A stretch of 64,000 nucleotides of DNA. It comes from an uncultured Methanosarcinaceae archaeon. GTDB lineage: Archaea; Halobacteriota; Methanosarcinia; Methanosarcinales; Methanosarcinaceae. Shown one piece after another: positions 32,282 to 44,410 of the stretch. The stretch spans positions 448,001-512,000 of the forward strand of contig CAVTET010000001.1 in assembly GCA_963733675.1 (NCBI GenBank), written 5' to 3'. How positions within the stretch are numbered: position 1 is the stretch's first letter; each line of letters starts with the position of its first letter. A program made the position numbers and the translations under genes. The notes beneath the pieces are model-generated. The model made no database searches, was not told the DNA's origin, and saw only the letters and a program-made list of their open reading frames with translations.

Positions 32282-35089
32282 TTACTTTTCCTTCCCCGAA
32301 TCCCGCAGGAACTTATGCAAAATTCCGCCGTTTAGGTAGTACTTTATTTCAACAGTAGAATCGAGTCTCAATATCACATGAAAATGTATCTCTTCCTCTT
32401 TTTCGTTCTTTGCCCTTATTAAAAGCTCTCCATGAGGCTCCATGTTTTCAATGCCCAGTATATCATAGCTTTCCTTTCCTGTGAGACCAAAGTAATCTGC
32501 ATTTTCTTCATCTTTAAATTGCAGTGGAAGAACTCCCATGCCAATAAGGTTGCTTCTATGTATGCGTTCAAAAGATTCGGCAATGACTGCCTTTACTCCG
32601 AGGAGAAATGTACCTTTAGCTGCCCAATCTCTGGAACTTCCTGTACCATACTCCTTTCCTGCGATAATTATTAGGGGGATATCATTTTCAGCATAAAGTA
32701 TAGCTGCGTCATAGATTGAAATTTCTCTGAATGATTCATCTGGGCTGTCTTTTTTTTGGGGATTGTATAAAGTCCAGCTACCTTCCTTGGTCACGAGTCT
32801 ATTCCTAAGTCGAATGTTCCCGAAGGTTCCGCGCATCATTACCTCATGATTACCCCTGCGGGATCCATAAGAGTTGAAGTTCTCAGGACCCACACCCCAG
32901 GATATCAGATATTTGCCTGCAGGACTATCTGATGGGATGTCCCCTGCAGGAGAGATATGGTCCGTAGTAATGCTATTTCCAAAAAGGGCTAGGACTCTGG
33001 CATTCCTTATATCCTTCGGCAAAGGTGAAACGAGCGAAAAATCCACAAAATAGGGGGGTTCTTGGATATAGGTGGATATGGGGTTCCATTCATAGAGAAT
33101 ACTAACTGGAGATTTCAGCTCTTTCCATATTTTAGGACCCTCCAGAAAACCTGAATACTCTTTTTTGAACATTGAAGATTTAATGCTACTCTTCTCAACA
33201 TCTCTGATTTCCTCCTCTAAAGGCCAGATATCCTTGAGGTAAACAGGGCGTCCATTGGGATCATGAGCAAGTGGGTCAGTTTCTAGATTGATATTTACAG
33301 TACCTGCAATTGCGTAGGCGACTACAAGAGGAGGAGAGGCAAGATAATTTGCCTTGACAAGTGGATTGATTCTTCCTTCAAAATTTCGATTCCCACTTAT
33401 TACGGCTGCAACAGTGAGATCGTTTTTTTTCACTTCCTTTGAAACGTGTTCCGGTAGAAATCCACTATTCCCTATACAGGTCATACAACCATAGCCAACC
33501 GTGTGAAAACCTAGGTCTTCTAGATAAGGCATCAGGCCTGCATATCTCAGATATTCCGTAGCTACTCTTGAACCAGGAGATAGACTAGTTTTTACATACG
33601 GTTTGACGTGCAGGCCCTTTTCTACGGCCTTTTTTGCGAGTAGCCCAGCTCCTATGAGCACATATGGATTTGAGGTATTGGTGCAGGAGGTGATGGATGC
33701 AATCACTACAGAACCATGTGTTACCCTGGAAGTCCTCTCCGGAAATGCCATTTCCTTTACATCTTCTTCGATAAGGGACTCAAATTCCTTGACAGGTGTT
33801 CCACCTTCTTCTATCCAATGCTGGTAAGCAGGATCTCTGGAAAGCTCAATTTTAGCCTCTTTCTTTTTGATAAAGGTTTGTTGCATTGTTTCATGGTATT
33901 TTTCAGGAACTTCACTCAAAAAGAGCTGGTCTTGGGGGCTTTTTGGGCCTGCAAGACAGGTCTTAACAGTACTCATATCAAGTTCCATGGTACTGCTAAA
34001 CATAGGTTCAGGTTTGTGGATTGAATATAGAAGATCCTGAGCTTCAAGGTACTTTTTCACAAGATCAATTTGCTCTTCTTCTCTGCCAGTCTTTCGTAAG
34101 TAGTTCAGAGTCTCAGTGTCAGGTGGAAAAATTCCAATAGTTGCCCCGTACTCTGGAGCCATGTTGGATATAGTTGCTCTATCCGGAAGGCTCAGGGAGC
34201 TTAAGCCAGGCCCATAAAATTCCACAAATTTACCTACAACGCCCTTGTTTCTTAGCATTTTCGTAATTGTCAGGACGAGATCTGTGGCATTAACGCCTGA
34301 ATGAAGTTTTCCGTATAGCTTGAAGCCAACAACCTCGGGGACAGGAATATAGTAAGGCTGTCCAAGCATTACTGCTTCGGCTTCTATACCTCCTACACCC
34401 CAGCCTAGTACTCCTATCCCGTTGATCATTGTGGTATGTGAATCTGTCCCTAAAAGGGTATCTGGGAATGCTAACAGCTCTCCTTCATTCTCACTGAGAT
34501 GCACAAGAGGTGTCAGATACTCAAGGTTCACTTGATGAATGATTCCTCTACCTGGAGGCACAACTCTGAAATTTTTAAAGGCTTTCTGGGCCCAGCCGAG
34601 GATTGAATATCGTTCTCTGTTGCGTTCAAACTCTTTATTTTCATTTTCCTCAAGAGCATATGCTGTCCCATAGAAATCAACCTGAACTGAGTGGTCAATT
34701 ACGAGATCTACAGGGATGATAGGTTTTATTTTCTCGGGATCGTCTCCTAGATGCTGCATTGCCGAGCGGAGGGCTGCCAGATCCACTACAGCAGGAACAC
34801 CTGTAAAATCTTGCATGATTACCCTTGATGGAATGAAAGGGATATCTCTCTCACTTGTTTTTTCAGGATTCCAGTCAGCAAGAGCCCATACATCCTCAGC
34901 AGTTATTATTTGCTTTTCAGTATCCTCATGCCGGAGAAGGGATTCCAGCAATATTTTTATAGAGTAGGGGAGCAGAGAAATCCCTTCAAACCCCTTTTCT
35001 TTCAGTTTGTTCAATCTGTAAATAGTAGCTTTTCCAGAAGCTGTTTCGATAATATCTCTTACCCCATAGGGGTCATGGCCTTCTCTCAT
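32282..35089 (-). CDS. acnA: Aconitate hydratase A
   Basis: QDFTGVP, DHSVQVD, GTDSHT, ITSCTN, GCMTCIGN and GSSRDWAAKG. RBS ggaggt precedes ATG 35089. Confidence 0.96.
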   Translation of the reverse strand: MREGHDPYGVRDIIETASGKATIYRLNKLKEKGFEGISLLPYSIKILLESLLRHEDTEKQIITAEDVWALADWNPEKTSERDIPFIPSRVIMQDFTGVPAVVDLAALRSAMQHLGDDPEKIKPIIPVDLVIDHSVQVDFYGTAYALEENENKEFERNRERYSILGWAQKAFKNFRVVPPGRGIIHQVNLEYLTPLVHLSENEGELLAFPDTLLGTDSHTTMINGIGVLGWGVGGIEAEAVMLGQPYYIPVPEVVGFKLYGKLHSGVNATDLVLTITKMLRNKGVVGKFVEFYGPGLSSLSLPDRATISNMAPEYGATIGIFPPDTETLNYLRKTGREEEQIDLVKKYLEAQDLLYSIHKPEPMFSSTMELDMSTVKTCLAGPKSPQDQLFLSEVPEKYHETMQQTFIKKKEAKIELSRDPAYQHWIEEGGTPVKEFESLIEEDVKEMAFPERTSRVTHGSVVIASITSCTNTSNPYVLIGAGLLAKKAVEKGLHVKPYVKTSLSPGSRVATEYLRYAGLMPYLEDLGFHTVGYGCMTCIGNSGFLPEHVSKEVKKNDLTVAAVISGNRNFEGRINPLVKANYLASPPLVVAYAIAGTVNINLETDPLAHDPNGRPVYLKDIWPLEEEIRDVEKSSIKSSMFKKEYSGFLEGPKIWKELKSPVSILYEWNPISTYIQEPPYFVDFSLVSPLPKDIRNARVLALFGNSITTDHISPAGDIPSDSPAGKYLISWGVGPENFNSYGSRRGNHEVMMRGTFGNIRLRNRLVTKEGSWTLYNPQKKDSPDESFREISIYDAAILYAENDIPLIIIAGKEYGTGSSRDWAAKGTFLLGVKAVIAESFERIHRSNLIGMGVLPLQFKDEENADYFGLTGKESYDILGIENMEPHGELLIRAKNEKEEEIHFHVILRLDSTVEIKYYLNGGILHKFLRDSGKEK

Positions 35090-36407
35090 TATTCTTACCT
35101 CCAGCAAAAATATGAAATTGGAAATGATATATTATGACTCTTTTTATTCTATGAAAGCTTCTTCTGTCCTGAAACATTTTATTCCTTCTGGCTTAATATT
35201 ACATTTTTTGAAATGCGGAAGTTTTCCCATGCTAATAATCTTTACTGCAGTGTGCCGATCATCCTGTAAAAATCACAAAGCTCAGAAAGTGAAAAGCATA
35301 TTTGGATACCGGGTAATTATCATCGTTTTGAGCAAAGATTACGAAGGATTAATAGATTACTATCAAACTTCGATCTATACTAATAGAACCCTTATAATGT
35401 TTAGACACCTGGATTTTATCAAAATTGTCAGCAAATGATGGCGAATATTCAGACAAGTTCTAAGGGATTGAGAAAATGGTGTGCAGAATTCCAATTTTAC
35501 ATGTTGTTTGGACAACTATATAGAGCTCCTATTTTGGAAAAAATAGAAAGTCTATGATTGATGTAAGAGCTTTTTCTACTAATCCTTTAAAAGCAAGGCC
35601 TGAAAGAATTGTATAATTCAACCCTTATGAAAACGCAATGACTGCATGTTTTTCTAGCTCTATAATCCCTGATGTAATTTAAATATTTTCCAACATATAT
35701 TAATATCAAATTTTCAGCTGAAAATGATATATTCATTTGCAGCCTATAGTACTAAGATACGATACCTTACATGATCGTAAAGATGAAGTTTATCATTGAG
35801 TCAGGATGTATTTTTACTTCCCAGAGTACTCTACAATTAGCTGCATTTATGAGTAGTTCTACACATTTTTATTACGACAGCTCTATTTTGGGTTCTGATG
35901 CAAAAAATCTGGCTTTGTTGTAAAATCAATAAAAAAACTTCACAATTAGGAAAGTTAATCAATATAATTAAGGGAAAAATGATAACCAAAGGTAAGAATT
36001 ATAGTGTCAAACTGCGGAAATATTATTTTTGCACCAGGACCCTACAGAAATAGACGGGAAGTCAGTAGACCCGAATGACCCATTAGCCGAGCAGGCAGCA
36101 AATGCAGTTCATGGTAAAATCATAACCTTCAAAATCAATGTCGACGAAGCCTCCCAAGAAGCCAAACAGACCCATCATCTTGATAGTAATATTTCACAAT
36201 AAGTCCACGACACATATGTGCACATGGGGTTCGCTATTACCTAACTCATAAGCTTCGGAGTATAGAGAAACGCATACCAATTTGCTTCTGTGTTACAAGC
36301 TTAATCCCAAATGTTGTTTCATTTTTAGAATTATAATACAGGATATCCAACTCTTTAGATGTGGATACCCTATCTAGAAATCCAATTATTTTTAATCTAC
36401 TTTAATA

Positions 36408-37145
36408 CTAAGTGTTTTTTCCTGTTTTATGGTGTTTGGAGTGATTTTTGTGTTTATGTTTATGTTTGCTCAACTGAGCTTTAGCCTTGTGGCCATTAGA
36501 TTCTAAATTTTGTATTTCTGTTGTAGAAGGTCCACTGGTATACATATTGGGTTCATTGCCATACCCATTAGGTTCATTCCCGTACCAATAAGGTTCATTG
36601 CCATACATAGGCCTGTCATACTTAGATACAGGGACTATAGCATCGCCATAACTGCTATTGTTAAGTCCACCGCCACTGGTAGGTCCAGGGTTATTGGTTG
36701 GATGTTCATAGATAGCTGTTGTAGTAGTATTGGGTGTAATTACTGGTTGGTTGTTGAATGAACCTGTTGCAAACGCTGAATTGGTTACAGAACCAGCATC
36801 AATATCTGCCTGTGTTATTGTGTGGATACTTATTCCGGTAAGGATGCTGCCTACGTCAATACCGTCGGTGCTTAGAGTAGTTGTTTCAGTTAAATTATCT
36901 GTAATATTGATGTTTCCTGTGAGACTCACATCTCCTGAGTTAGTTACCATGTAGAAGTATGTGATATTTTGTTCTATAGCATTATACTTTGTAGGAAATG
37001 CTAACTCTACTATTTTCAAAGCTGGACCCTTATTACCGGCGACTGCTACCGAACTTAAAACTAAACACAAAACAAGAAGTCCAGTGAAAATTAATATTCT
37101 TGTTTTTATATTCACATTGGCTTTTATACTATGAATTTTTTCCAT
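36408..37145 (-). CDS. Secreted/surface protein with DUF11-like Ig domain, YGNEP repeats and His/Lys tail
   Basis: Signal peptide, ITY..VTNSGDVSL, ITQADIDAGSVTNSAFATG, three YGNEP repeats and KHKHKHKNHSKHHK. Confidence 0.75.
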   Translation of the reverse strand: MEKIHSIKANVNIKTRILIFTGLLVLCLVLSSVAVAGNKGPALKIVELAFPTKYNAIEQNITYFYMVTNSGDVSLTGNINITDNLTETTTLSTDGIDVGSILTGISIHTITQADIDAGSVTNSAFATGSFNNQPVITPNTTTTAIYEHPTNNPGPTSGGGLNNSSYGDAIVPVSKYDRPMYGNEPYWYGNEPNGYGNEPNMYTSGPSTTEIQNLESNGHKAKAQLSKHKHKHKNHSKHHKTGKNT

Positions 37146-37372
37146 AATTATCTCCACGTTGATTTATTTGAAAATTTCACACCTATTTTTGATCCAATTT
37201 CTAATATTTTATAGAACAGTTTATTCTCAAATTGAAGGATTAATTCTCGAATTTTAATTGTTGATCAATGACTAAAAATGGAGTATCACCCATATTTGGT
37301 CTAATACTATCAAGAGTTTTTATATGTATAACTCTTTATTTTTTGCTACATAATTCCCATATAGGACCGTGT

Positions 37373-37645
37373 CTAAAGACTAAAAATGTAATTATATAAT
37401 GTAATTTCTTTGCTATACCAATCTTTTGAATACTGTGGATTAATTTCAGTTGCTTCGTCATAGGTTTTTATTGCGTCATCTGATTTATTTATATTCGATA
37501 CATTATTGCTTCCAGAGTTAGGAATATATGCAAATGACCCCTCACCTGCGAGACTCACTAGATTAAAAGCATAAGCACAGTAATTCCTAAAGTCATTGTG
37601 ATGGTATGCATTTTACACTCAGTATCATATGTTGTTTTGTTCATA
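37373..37645 (-). pseudogene. Chimeric remnant: signal peptide, YVTN-propeller start and TPR fragment
   Basis: FAYIPNSGSNNVS is followed directly by DDAIKTYDEATEINPQYSKDWYSK; the leader is frameshifted. Confidence 0.55.
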
Positions 37646-38245
37646 TTCAGTCTCATGATTATGTTTTAGACATTAATGATGGGAACTAAATAAACAAATG
37701 TACAAGAATTAGTACTTCACTCTATAAATAAAGTTCACCTATTTAAAAAATATATTTTTTAAATTATAAAATAAATTCGGATATTTTTTTAAAATTAATC
37801 TGAACTTTCAAAGCCCCATAAATGCAATAATTTTTTAAATTGAAAAAAGCTATTCATGAAAAACGTTTAATCTGAAGTAAGATATAAGCCGAGAAAAGTT
37901 GCATTGTAAGATAGAACATAAAGAATACTATCAAAGTCCTTGATCCTGCATAAACAATACGGAATTGGAATCAATAGTCTGATGAAGTGAATCGATTATA
38001 AGTCTTCCAGCATGCCACCATTGAAGATTCGGAGATACTTTAGTCAACTACGAACGTTTGTTGGGTTGGATAAGATACATTTAAGAGTCTTAGATGAAAT
38101 TCATAAGAAACTATCAAAAAATTTGATATAATAACTTAGCTGAAGTCATTTATTGATTGTCGGAAAAAGGCTTTCGTCTGTAATAATTAATGAGCTAAGC
38201 CTCACGTAATGTTAATACTGATTAGTTTAAGTTAGAACTTCACAA

Positions 38246-38273
38246 ATATATATATATATATATACATATATAT
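38246..38273. repeat. (TA)n microsatellite
   Basis: Run of TA dinucleotides with one CA interruption. Confidence 0.8.
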
Positions 38274-38971
38274 CTTAAAGTATATGTTAAATTAAATTTA
38301 ATTATCTCTAATAAATTTCCCCGTATATTCAATTAGATATTCGATCGAGTTGCAGGTATCTCCCTTTGCCTGTAGCTCATAAGATCAACTTTTTGATATC
38401 TAAGATCAACCTGGTCACCTAAACTAATTAAATAAAGTGAAAAAAATCTCTCATTGGAATTAGAGTATAATTGGAGTATATAATCTTCAAATATTATCTT
38501 TTTGTGTATTACATAATCTTGCAAAAGTTTGCTACTGAGCTGAAACAAGAGCTTCAGACAACCTGAGAGCCACATCGTCATTTATCCCCTTCCGCATCCG
38601 TAGGTAAGTTCAAGATATCGTTTCACTAAATATTATCTATTTATACTAATGAAATTTTTTATATATTTTTGATTGTTATCTTGGTATTTAGATGTAATAA
38701 TAATAAAATAATGTCGTATTTTATCACAAAAAACTTATTGTATTGACAGAATGTATTTCCAAAAAAAGAAAAATGTTAAAGTAATATCACCTAAAATATA
38801 ACTTTTAATCGTATGAAGAAAAAAAGGTATAAAGCCAATTTACAAGCATATGATAACATTTTGGGGTTTATCAAACAAATCTGAAATTTATGATTATATC
38901 CAATTAGGATTGAAGAATAAATTTGCCGAGAAGTACAATTTTCGCTTAAATCATTAAGAGGGAGATCATAA

Positions 38972-40330
38972 ATGTCATTATTCGGAACTAACGGTGTACG
39001 TGGGATAGCTAACGAATATCTGAATCCAGAACTTACACTCAATTTAGCCAGAAGCCTTGGTACATACATGGGCTCAAAAGGCACGGTTGCTATAGGCTGT
39101 GACACCCGCATCTCTGGGCAGATGTTGAAATCAGCTGCAATTTCTGGAGCTCTTTCAACGGGTCTAAATGTAATTGATGTGGGAATTGTTCCCACTCCTT
39201 CTATCCAGTATTATGTTCGTGACTATGCCGATGCTGGGATCATTATTACCGCGTCCCATAATCCAAGAGAATATAATGGAATCAAATTTATTTCAGGGGA
39301 TGGTTCGGAGTTTCCCAGGGATGGAGAAAAAGATATCGAGAAAATTTATTACTCAGGGAAATATGGCATCGTATCGTGGGAAAAAACTGGTAGCTTCAGA
39401 GTGGATCCAATAGTCAATGAGTATTATACCACAAGTATAATCAATTCAGTAGATGCCGAAAATATTCGCAACCGCAGATTCAAGGTAGTTACTGATACAG
39501 GCTGTGGAGCAGGATCTTTTACACTTCCTTTTTTACTACGTGACCTAGGTTGCCAGGTGCTCACTCTTGGAGCTCAGCCTGACGGAACTTTCCCTTGGCG
39601 AAACCCAGAACCTACACATGAAACCCTAACAGAACTATTAGAACTTGTAAAAATAACAGGAGCTGATATGGGAGTAGCTCATGACGGGGATGCGGATAGA
39701 ATAGTGTTTATAGATGAAAATGGGGTCTTCGTAAATGATGACGTTCTGCTTGCCATGATGGCAAAATATATGCTTGAACACGAAAGGGGACCTCTTGTAA
39801 CCCCTGTTAGCTCTTCACAGCGTATGTCAGATGTCGCAAATGAGGCAGGAGTTGAACTCTACTGGACTGCTGTTGGCTCAATCAATGTCGCCCGAAAGAT
39901 GATGGAAATAAATGCAGTATTTGGGGGGGAAGGCAATGGAGGCCTCATTTTTCCCAAACATCTGTATTGTAGAGACGGAGCAATGGCCTGTGCCAAAATT
40001 CTTGAAATCTTGTCTAGTGGAAAGAGACTTTCAGAGCTTGCTAAAAGTGTGCCTGAGTATTTCAACGCAAAGACAAAAATCCCCTCTAAAAATACGCAGG
40101 ATACAATGGAAAGAGTGAAACTTAAAGCTTCAGAACTTGGGTTCAACATAGATACTACAGACGGAATCAAAATGTGGTATGAAGATGGCTGGGTTCTTAT
40201 TCGCCCCTCTGGTACGGAACCAATTTTCAGAATATTTGCTGAGGCAAAAAAACAGGTAAGGGCAGAAGAACTCATGCGTGAAGGTATGAATATGGTCATA
40301 AGAGCAGAGAAGGCTTCAAACCTCGAATGA
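38972..40330 (+). CDS. glmM: Phosphoglucosamine mutase (alpha-D-phosphohexomutase family)
   Basis: LFGTNGVRG, TASHNP, DGDADR, GGEGNGG and RPSGTEP. The exact substrate cannot be resolved from sequence. Confidence 0.85.
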   Translation: MSLFGTNGVRGIANEYLNPELTLNLARSLGTYMGSKGTVAIGCDTRISGQMLKSAAISGALSTGLNVIDVGIVPTPSIQYYVRDYADAGIIITASHNPREYNGIKFISGDGSEFPRDGEKDIEKIYYSGKYGIVSWEKTGSFRVDPIVNEYYTTSIINSVDAENIRNRRFKVVTDTGCGAGSFTLPFLLRDLGCQVLTLGAQPDGTFPWRNPEPTHETLTELLELVKITGADMGVAHDGDADRIVFIDENGVFVNDDVLLAMMAKYMLEHERGPLVTPVSSSQRMSDVANEAGVELYWTAVGSINVARKMMEINAVFGGEGNGGLIFPKHLYCRDGAMACAKILEILSSGKRLSELAKSVPEYFNAKTKIPSKNTQDTMERVKLKASELGFNIDTTDGIKMWYEDGWVLIRPSGTEPIFRIFAEAKKQVRAEELMREGMNMVIRAEKASNLE

Positions 40331-41115
40331 ATTTTTCAGTAAGTAACTGGAAAATTTTAAGTTTTGTAGGAATTAAGTTAGTTTTTGGATCTTAAACTCC
40401 TTTTCAATGATCCTTATTTAAGTTTCTGTCTCTTTATTTTTTAATTTTCTTAGTGTGCTTCCTTACTTTGATTATAGTATAAATATCTTTTTTCCCAAAG
40501 AATAGTATTTTATTTATCAATTAGCATGATTTTATATTTGATAAATAGCAATAAACCCTCAAAATAGCAACTATTTTGAGGAATAGAAATATAAAAACGA
40601 AGCACCTCACATTCACAGTTATTTCATCACTGAAGTCTTAATACACTGAAAATGTGGATATCCTAAGTTGGAAAAAGTAACAGAAGATTTGATAGTACTA
40701 TTTAACCCCTATTTTACCTTTTGATTTTTATGTTAAAAAAAATTTTCATCTTTAAGAGGAATGAATAAGTAATATTGTGGTCGACCAATTTTCGACCTAC
40801 TCTTTATAATCCTATTTTGATGGATAATTATGTCCTTGATAGTTATTTTTTCAAATTTTAAGAGAATTTTTGATATGAATTCGACAGGTTATATGATAAC
40901 GAAGGTGGAATCAAAATACTGTATAAAAAAATTATAGTAACAACCACGCTAAGAGGGAACAAAAAATATGCATTCTATCCTATTTTTCAGGCTTTTTGAT
41001 TTGGAGGTAACGAATGAGAGACAGTACTAATAAAATATATGAATATCATCAAATCATTTTTGACTAAAAGATGATTTTCATTCCAAATGGAATTTATGCT
41101 ATCAAAATTAGAATG

Positions 41116-41196
41116 ATTTCTATAAACCTTTATTATCAAGAGTCATTTAATATTCTATTTATAAGCATATGGCGAAGTTTGGGATTTTATTGAAAT
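41116..41196. repeat. Dispersed ~80-bp inverted-repeat element, subtype A
   Basis: atttctataaacctttattatcaagagtcat...taagcatatggcgaagtttgggattttattgaaat. Confidence 0.6.
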
Positions 41197-41944
41197 TTTC
41201 TTAAAAGAGTAATCGGTAATCTAAGACCAACAAAAAGACATTTTCAACGAAAACAACTTGAAAATGGAAATTAAGCCAAGTATCAGGAGTAAAGGGGAAT
41301 ATTCAATAGGTTATATATGGATTAAAAAAGGAAACATACCTAAAACTAAATTCAGATTACTGAAATAGGTCAGAAGAATGGAAACAAGATTGAAAAAGGT
41401 AATTTATGTGGAATTATCTCACCTAGTTTATTGAATCTTACATTCCACATATGTGTATATCTACGGAATGTAAAATACGATTCAAAGTTAATTTTATTTT
41501 CTTTGACTTCAAAATTTTTCTTTTGTACAAATACATTCTGGCGAAAAATAAGTTTTTGTAATAAATAACTCCATCAATTATTATAATCATTCAAATTTGG
41601 GTTATAGGCCTTAGAATAATACTAGAAGGCTCAAATATTTACAAAAGTTTAGCCCTCGTAAAATACATACATTTATTCCAATCTTAAATCCAAAGTTGAA
41701 AAAGAGAAAGTACAAAAAAGAAAGAAACTTAAAAGCTTTTCCAGTATTTCTTCTAATTTTGTATTTTCCATAATTATACAACTCTAGATGGCTTAAATGT
41801 GAATATTTACAATGAAAACTAAATCTTTTTTTCGAATTGTGATCAATTCGCGAATTCACAATAATTATTCAAACCAAGAGTTCCAAAGACATATATTCTA
41901 ATTAACAGAATAAGCTTGAGCTCTATTCGTAGAGGTTCTTTTTT

Positions 41945-43069
41945 TCATATTTTCCGGTGTTTTTCCCAGTACCCTGTGAGTTTGCCTTCAAGAGCAAGTT
42001 TTCCGAGCTCACTCCGAACTCTGCCACTTACTTCTGCTGGAACTGCAGATGAATAAGGTGTTCCTGGAAGTGGGGTCAGGTAGTGTACCCTGACAATTCC
42101 TCCTTTTCTGCAGATCCAGTGAATCATGTCAAGACTTTTTTCCTGATCCTCTTCGGTTTCGGTTGGGAAGCCGAAGATAAAGTCTACTGTTGGAATAATT
42201 TTATATTTCAGGCAACACTCTACTGCTGCGATACTATCTTCTACAGTATGTCCCCTCTGGATCTCTTTGAGGATGCGATTGCTTCCGGACTGGGCACCAA
42301 AGCTAAGGCTGTAGTTTGCGCAATATTTTCTCACAAGTTCAGCTGACTCTTCAGTCACAAATTCGGGGCGTACCTCTGAAGGGAAAGTCCCAAAAAATAG
42401 TTTCTTATGGGGCATTTCGTGAAGGGAAGACAGTAGTCTTTCCACTTCGTCAAATCTGGGGTGAATTCCATCACTTCCATAAGCGAAAGCATTGGAGGCT
42501 ATAAATCGAAGGTCTCTATAGTACACGGAATTTTTCAAGATGGAATTAATGCTTCGGTGCCTGATTTCTCTTCCGAAAAGCCTGGGGGTCTGACAGTATT
42601 TACAGCCCCAGGGGCATCCCCGGCTGATTTCAATCGGAGCACAAAGTTTTTGTGGGTCAAAACAGGGATAGCTATCTAGATTTACATAGGGTCTTTTTGG
42701 GGTTGTGACAATTTTGCCTGTTTCGGAGTCTTTATAAACAATACCCCTTATTTTTGTTGGATCTCCCCCTTCCTGCAAAACCTTCACAAGTTCTGGAAGA
42801 GTTTCTTCACCTTCTCCGAGAACAACATAATCGAAGTATTCAAGCACTTCATCTGGATCTCCTGATGGATGAGGGCCTCCTGCAATAAAAATCGAATCTA
42901 TTTCTGCATTTTTGACTTCCGTGAAAACCTTTTCCGCCTGTCGCGTTGTAAAACTGTAAATCATGATACCTTTTAGCGGCCTATCTGCAAACAAGGCTTC
43001 TGGTACCAAAGGAGCAAGGACCGCAAAGCTATAGGAATTTTTCTTAGTGTAGCGAAAGTGCACATCCAT
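41945..43069 (-). CDS. B12-binding domain / radical SAM protein (TIGR04013-like)
   Basis: AGGPHP..GEGE, SRGCPWGCKYCQTP (CxxxCxxC) and FPSEVRPE. Confidence 0.88.
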   Translation of the reverse strand: MDVHFRYTKKNSYSFAVLAPLVPEALFADRPLKGIMIYSFTTRQAEKVFTEVKNAEIDSIFIAGGPHPSGDPDEVLEYFDYVVLGEGEETLPELVKVLQEGGDPTKIRGIVYKDSETGKIVTTPKRPYVNLDSYPCFDPQKLCAPIEISRGCPWGCKYCQTPRLFGREIRHRSINSILKNSVYYRDLRFIASNAFAYGSDGIHPRFDEVERLLSSLHEMPHKKLFFGTFPSEVRPEFVTEESAELVRKYCANYSLSFGAQSGSNRILKEIQRGHTVEDSIAAVECCLKYKIIPTVDFIFGFPTETEEDQEKSLDMIHWICRKGGIVRVHYLTPLPGTPYSSAVPAEVSGRVRSELGKLALEGKLTGYWEKHRKI

Positions 43070-43106
43070 TATTTTTTGCTCCTTTTTTTAGAAATGTCGG
43101 TTCTCT

Positions 43107-44237
43107 TCATGTCATGAGTTTAAAAGGAATCAGAGTAAAGCATAGAAGCCCAAGGATACACATCACAATTCCAATGAGGATGTGTTTTCTATCTAGTTTT
43201 ACTTCATCATTGAGGGGAGATGGATGACCCATTGCTGCGAAAGTCCATAGAAGTACAGCCCAGAAAATCCATATAAATCCGTTCTCCCTCAGCCAACAAA
43301 TTGCATAGAGCCCTACAAGAAACAGGATACTCGGCATTAGAACAAAAATATTATCTGCCTTTTTGCCCAACATAGCCCTAATCAGATGTCCTCCATCAAG
43401 CTGACCTGCAGGAAGAAGATTTAGACGAGTTATTAACATTCCTACCTAGCCTGCAAAGGCTACAGGATGTAGGTTTCCACCTTTAGCACCTGTAAGGTTT
43501 TGGATAAATACAAAACAAGGGGGCAGGCCTATATTAAACATCAGAAAATCCGATAAATGTTTAGATGAAGGTAATTTAAGATTAAATCCTATTAAAGTAA
43601 CTGCAACAGACAGCAGTAACCCTGTCAATGGTCCTGCAATTCCAATATCAAAAAGGGCTTTCCGACTGGGGAAAGTTCCTTTATAACGAATTACTGCTCC
43701 CATAGTGCCAATAAAAGCTGGGAATGGGATGAAGTAGGGAAGTGAGACCTCCATTCAGTATTACTTGGCCATCACATAATGAGCCATCTCATGGGAACCG
43801 AGAATTGCCATTATTGCAAGAGTAAAAGGTAAACCTTTGAAAAGTTGCAGAGGTTCTTTTAGGGTGTCCACTCCGAACAACCAAGCTCCGCAAACCATGG
43901 TTGTAAAAAAAGTCACTATTAAAAGGACAAGAATTATCCAGATATTTTCCGTTGTTATTTCTTGAGGGGCAACGAGCAGAAAATATTCTCCAAGTTCATA
44001 TTTTAGATTACACTGAAACCCAAAATGGTGGAACTGTGCCCAGAGTTCTCCCTCAATGTTCTCATAATCTATTTTTGGAATTCCATATAAGTAGAGGACT
44101 TCGCCATATTTTTGGATCTCATACACTTCAAATACTCTGATTATGGAAGGATATAAATGTGAAATCGATTTCTCAGCATTTAATTTCTTATCACTATTTT
44201 CATGATTTTTTCTTTCCTGGTTCACTTTGAAGTTCAT
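43107..44237 (-). pseudogene. Site-2 protease (M50) with three in-frame stops
   Basis: HEMAH, AGP and NLLPAGQLDGGH lie in one frame interrupted by TAA 43761, TGA 43755 and TAG 43446. Confidence 0.88.
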
Positions 44238-44297
44238 GTTTCTGCAGCTTAATGTTTCATTTGCAAGTTTATACATTTTCAATTTAAAATTTCGCGA

Positions 44298-44378
44298 ATT
44301 TTGATAAATCTCAAATTTCAATAAATTGCTTATATAGGCTTTATAATCAACCAGCCAAAAATTGTAGTTTGTATAAAT
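44298..44378. repeat. Dispersed ~80-bp inverted-repeat element, subtype B
   Basis: attttgataaatctcaaatttcaataaattgcttatataggc...ccagccaaaaattgtagttt aligns with 25147-25228. Confidence 0.7.
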
Positions 44379-44410
44379 TCTCTTTAATGTATCATTTTCT
44401 ATTTTACGTA

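Noticed and set aside
35560-36200. Possible IS1-like and thioredoxin-like fragments
   Set aside because: Similarity is too weak to support without a search.
41014-41067. 17-aa ORF with GGAGGT RBS (MRDSTNKIYEYHQIIFD)
   Set aside because: No distinctive composition; probably the start of a decayed gene.
43446-43448. Pyrrolysine codon in the M50 protease
   Set aside because: The TAG sits where Trp is expected (AGWVG), and upstream TAA and TGA stops already break the gene.
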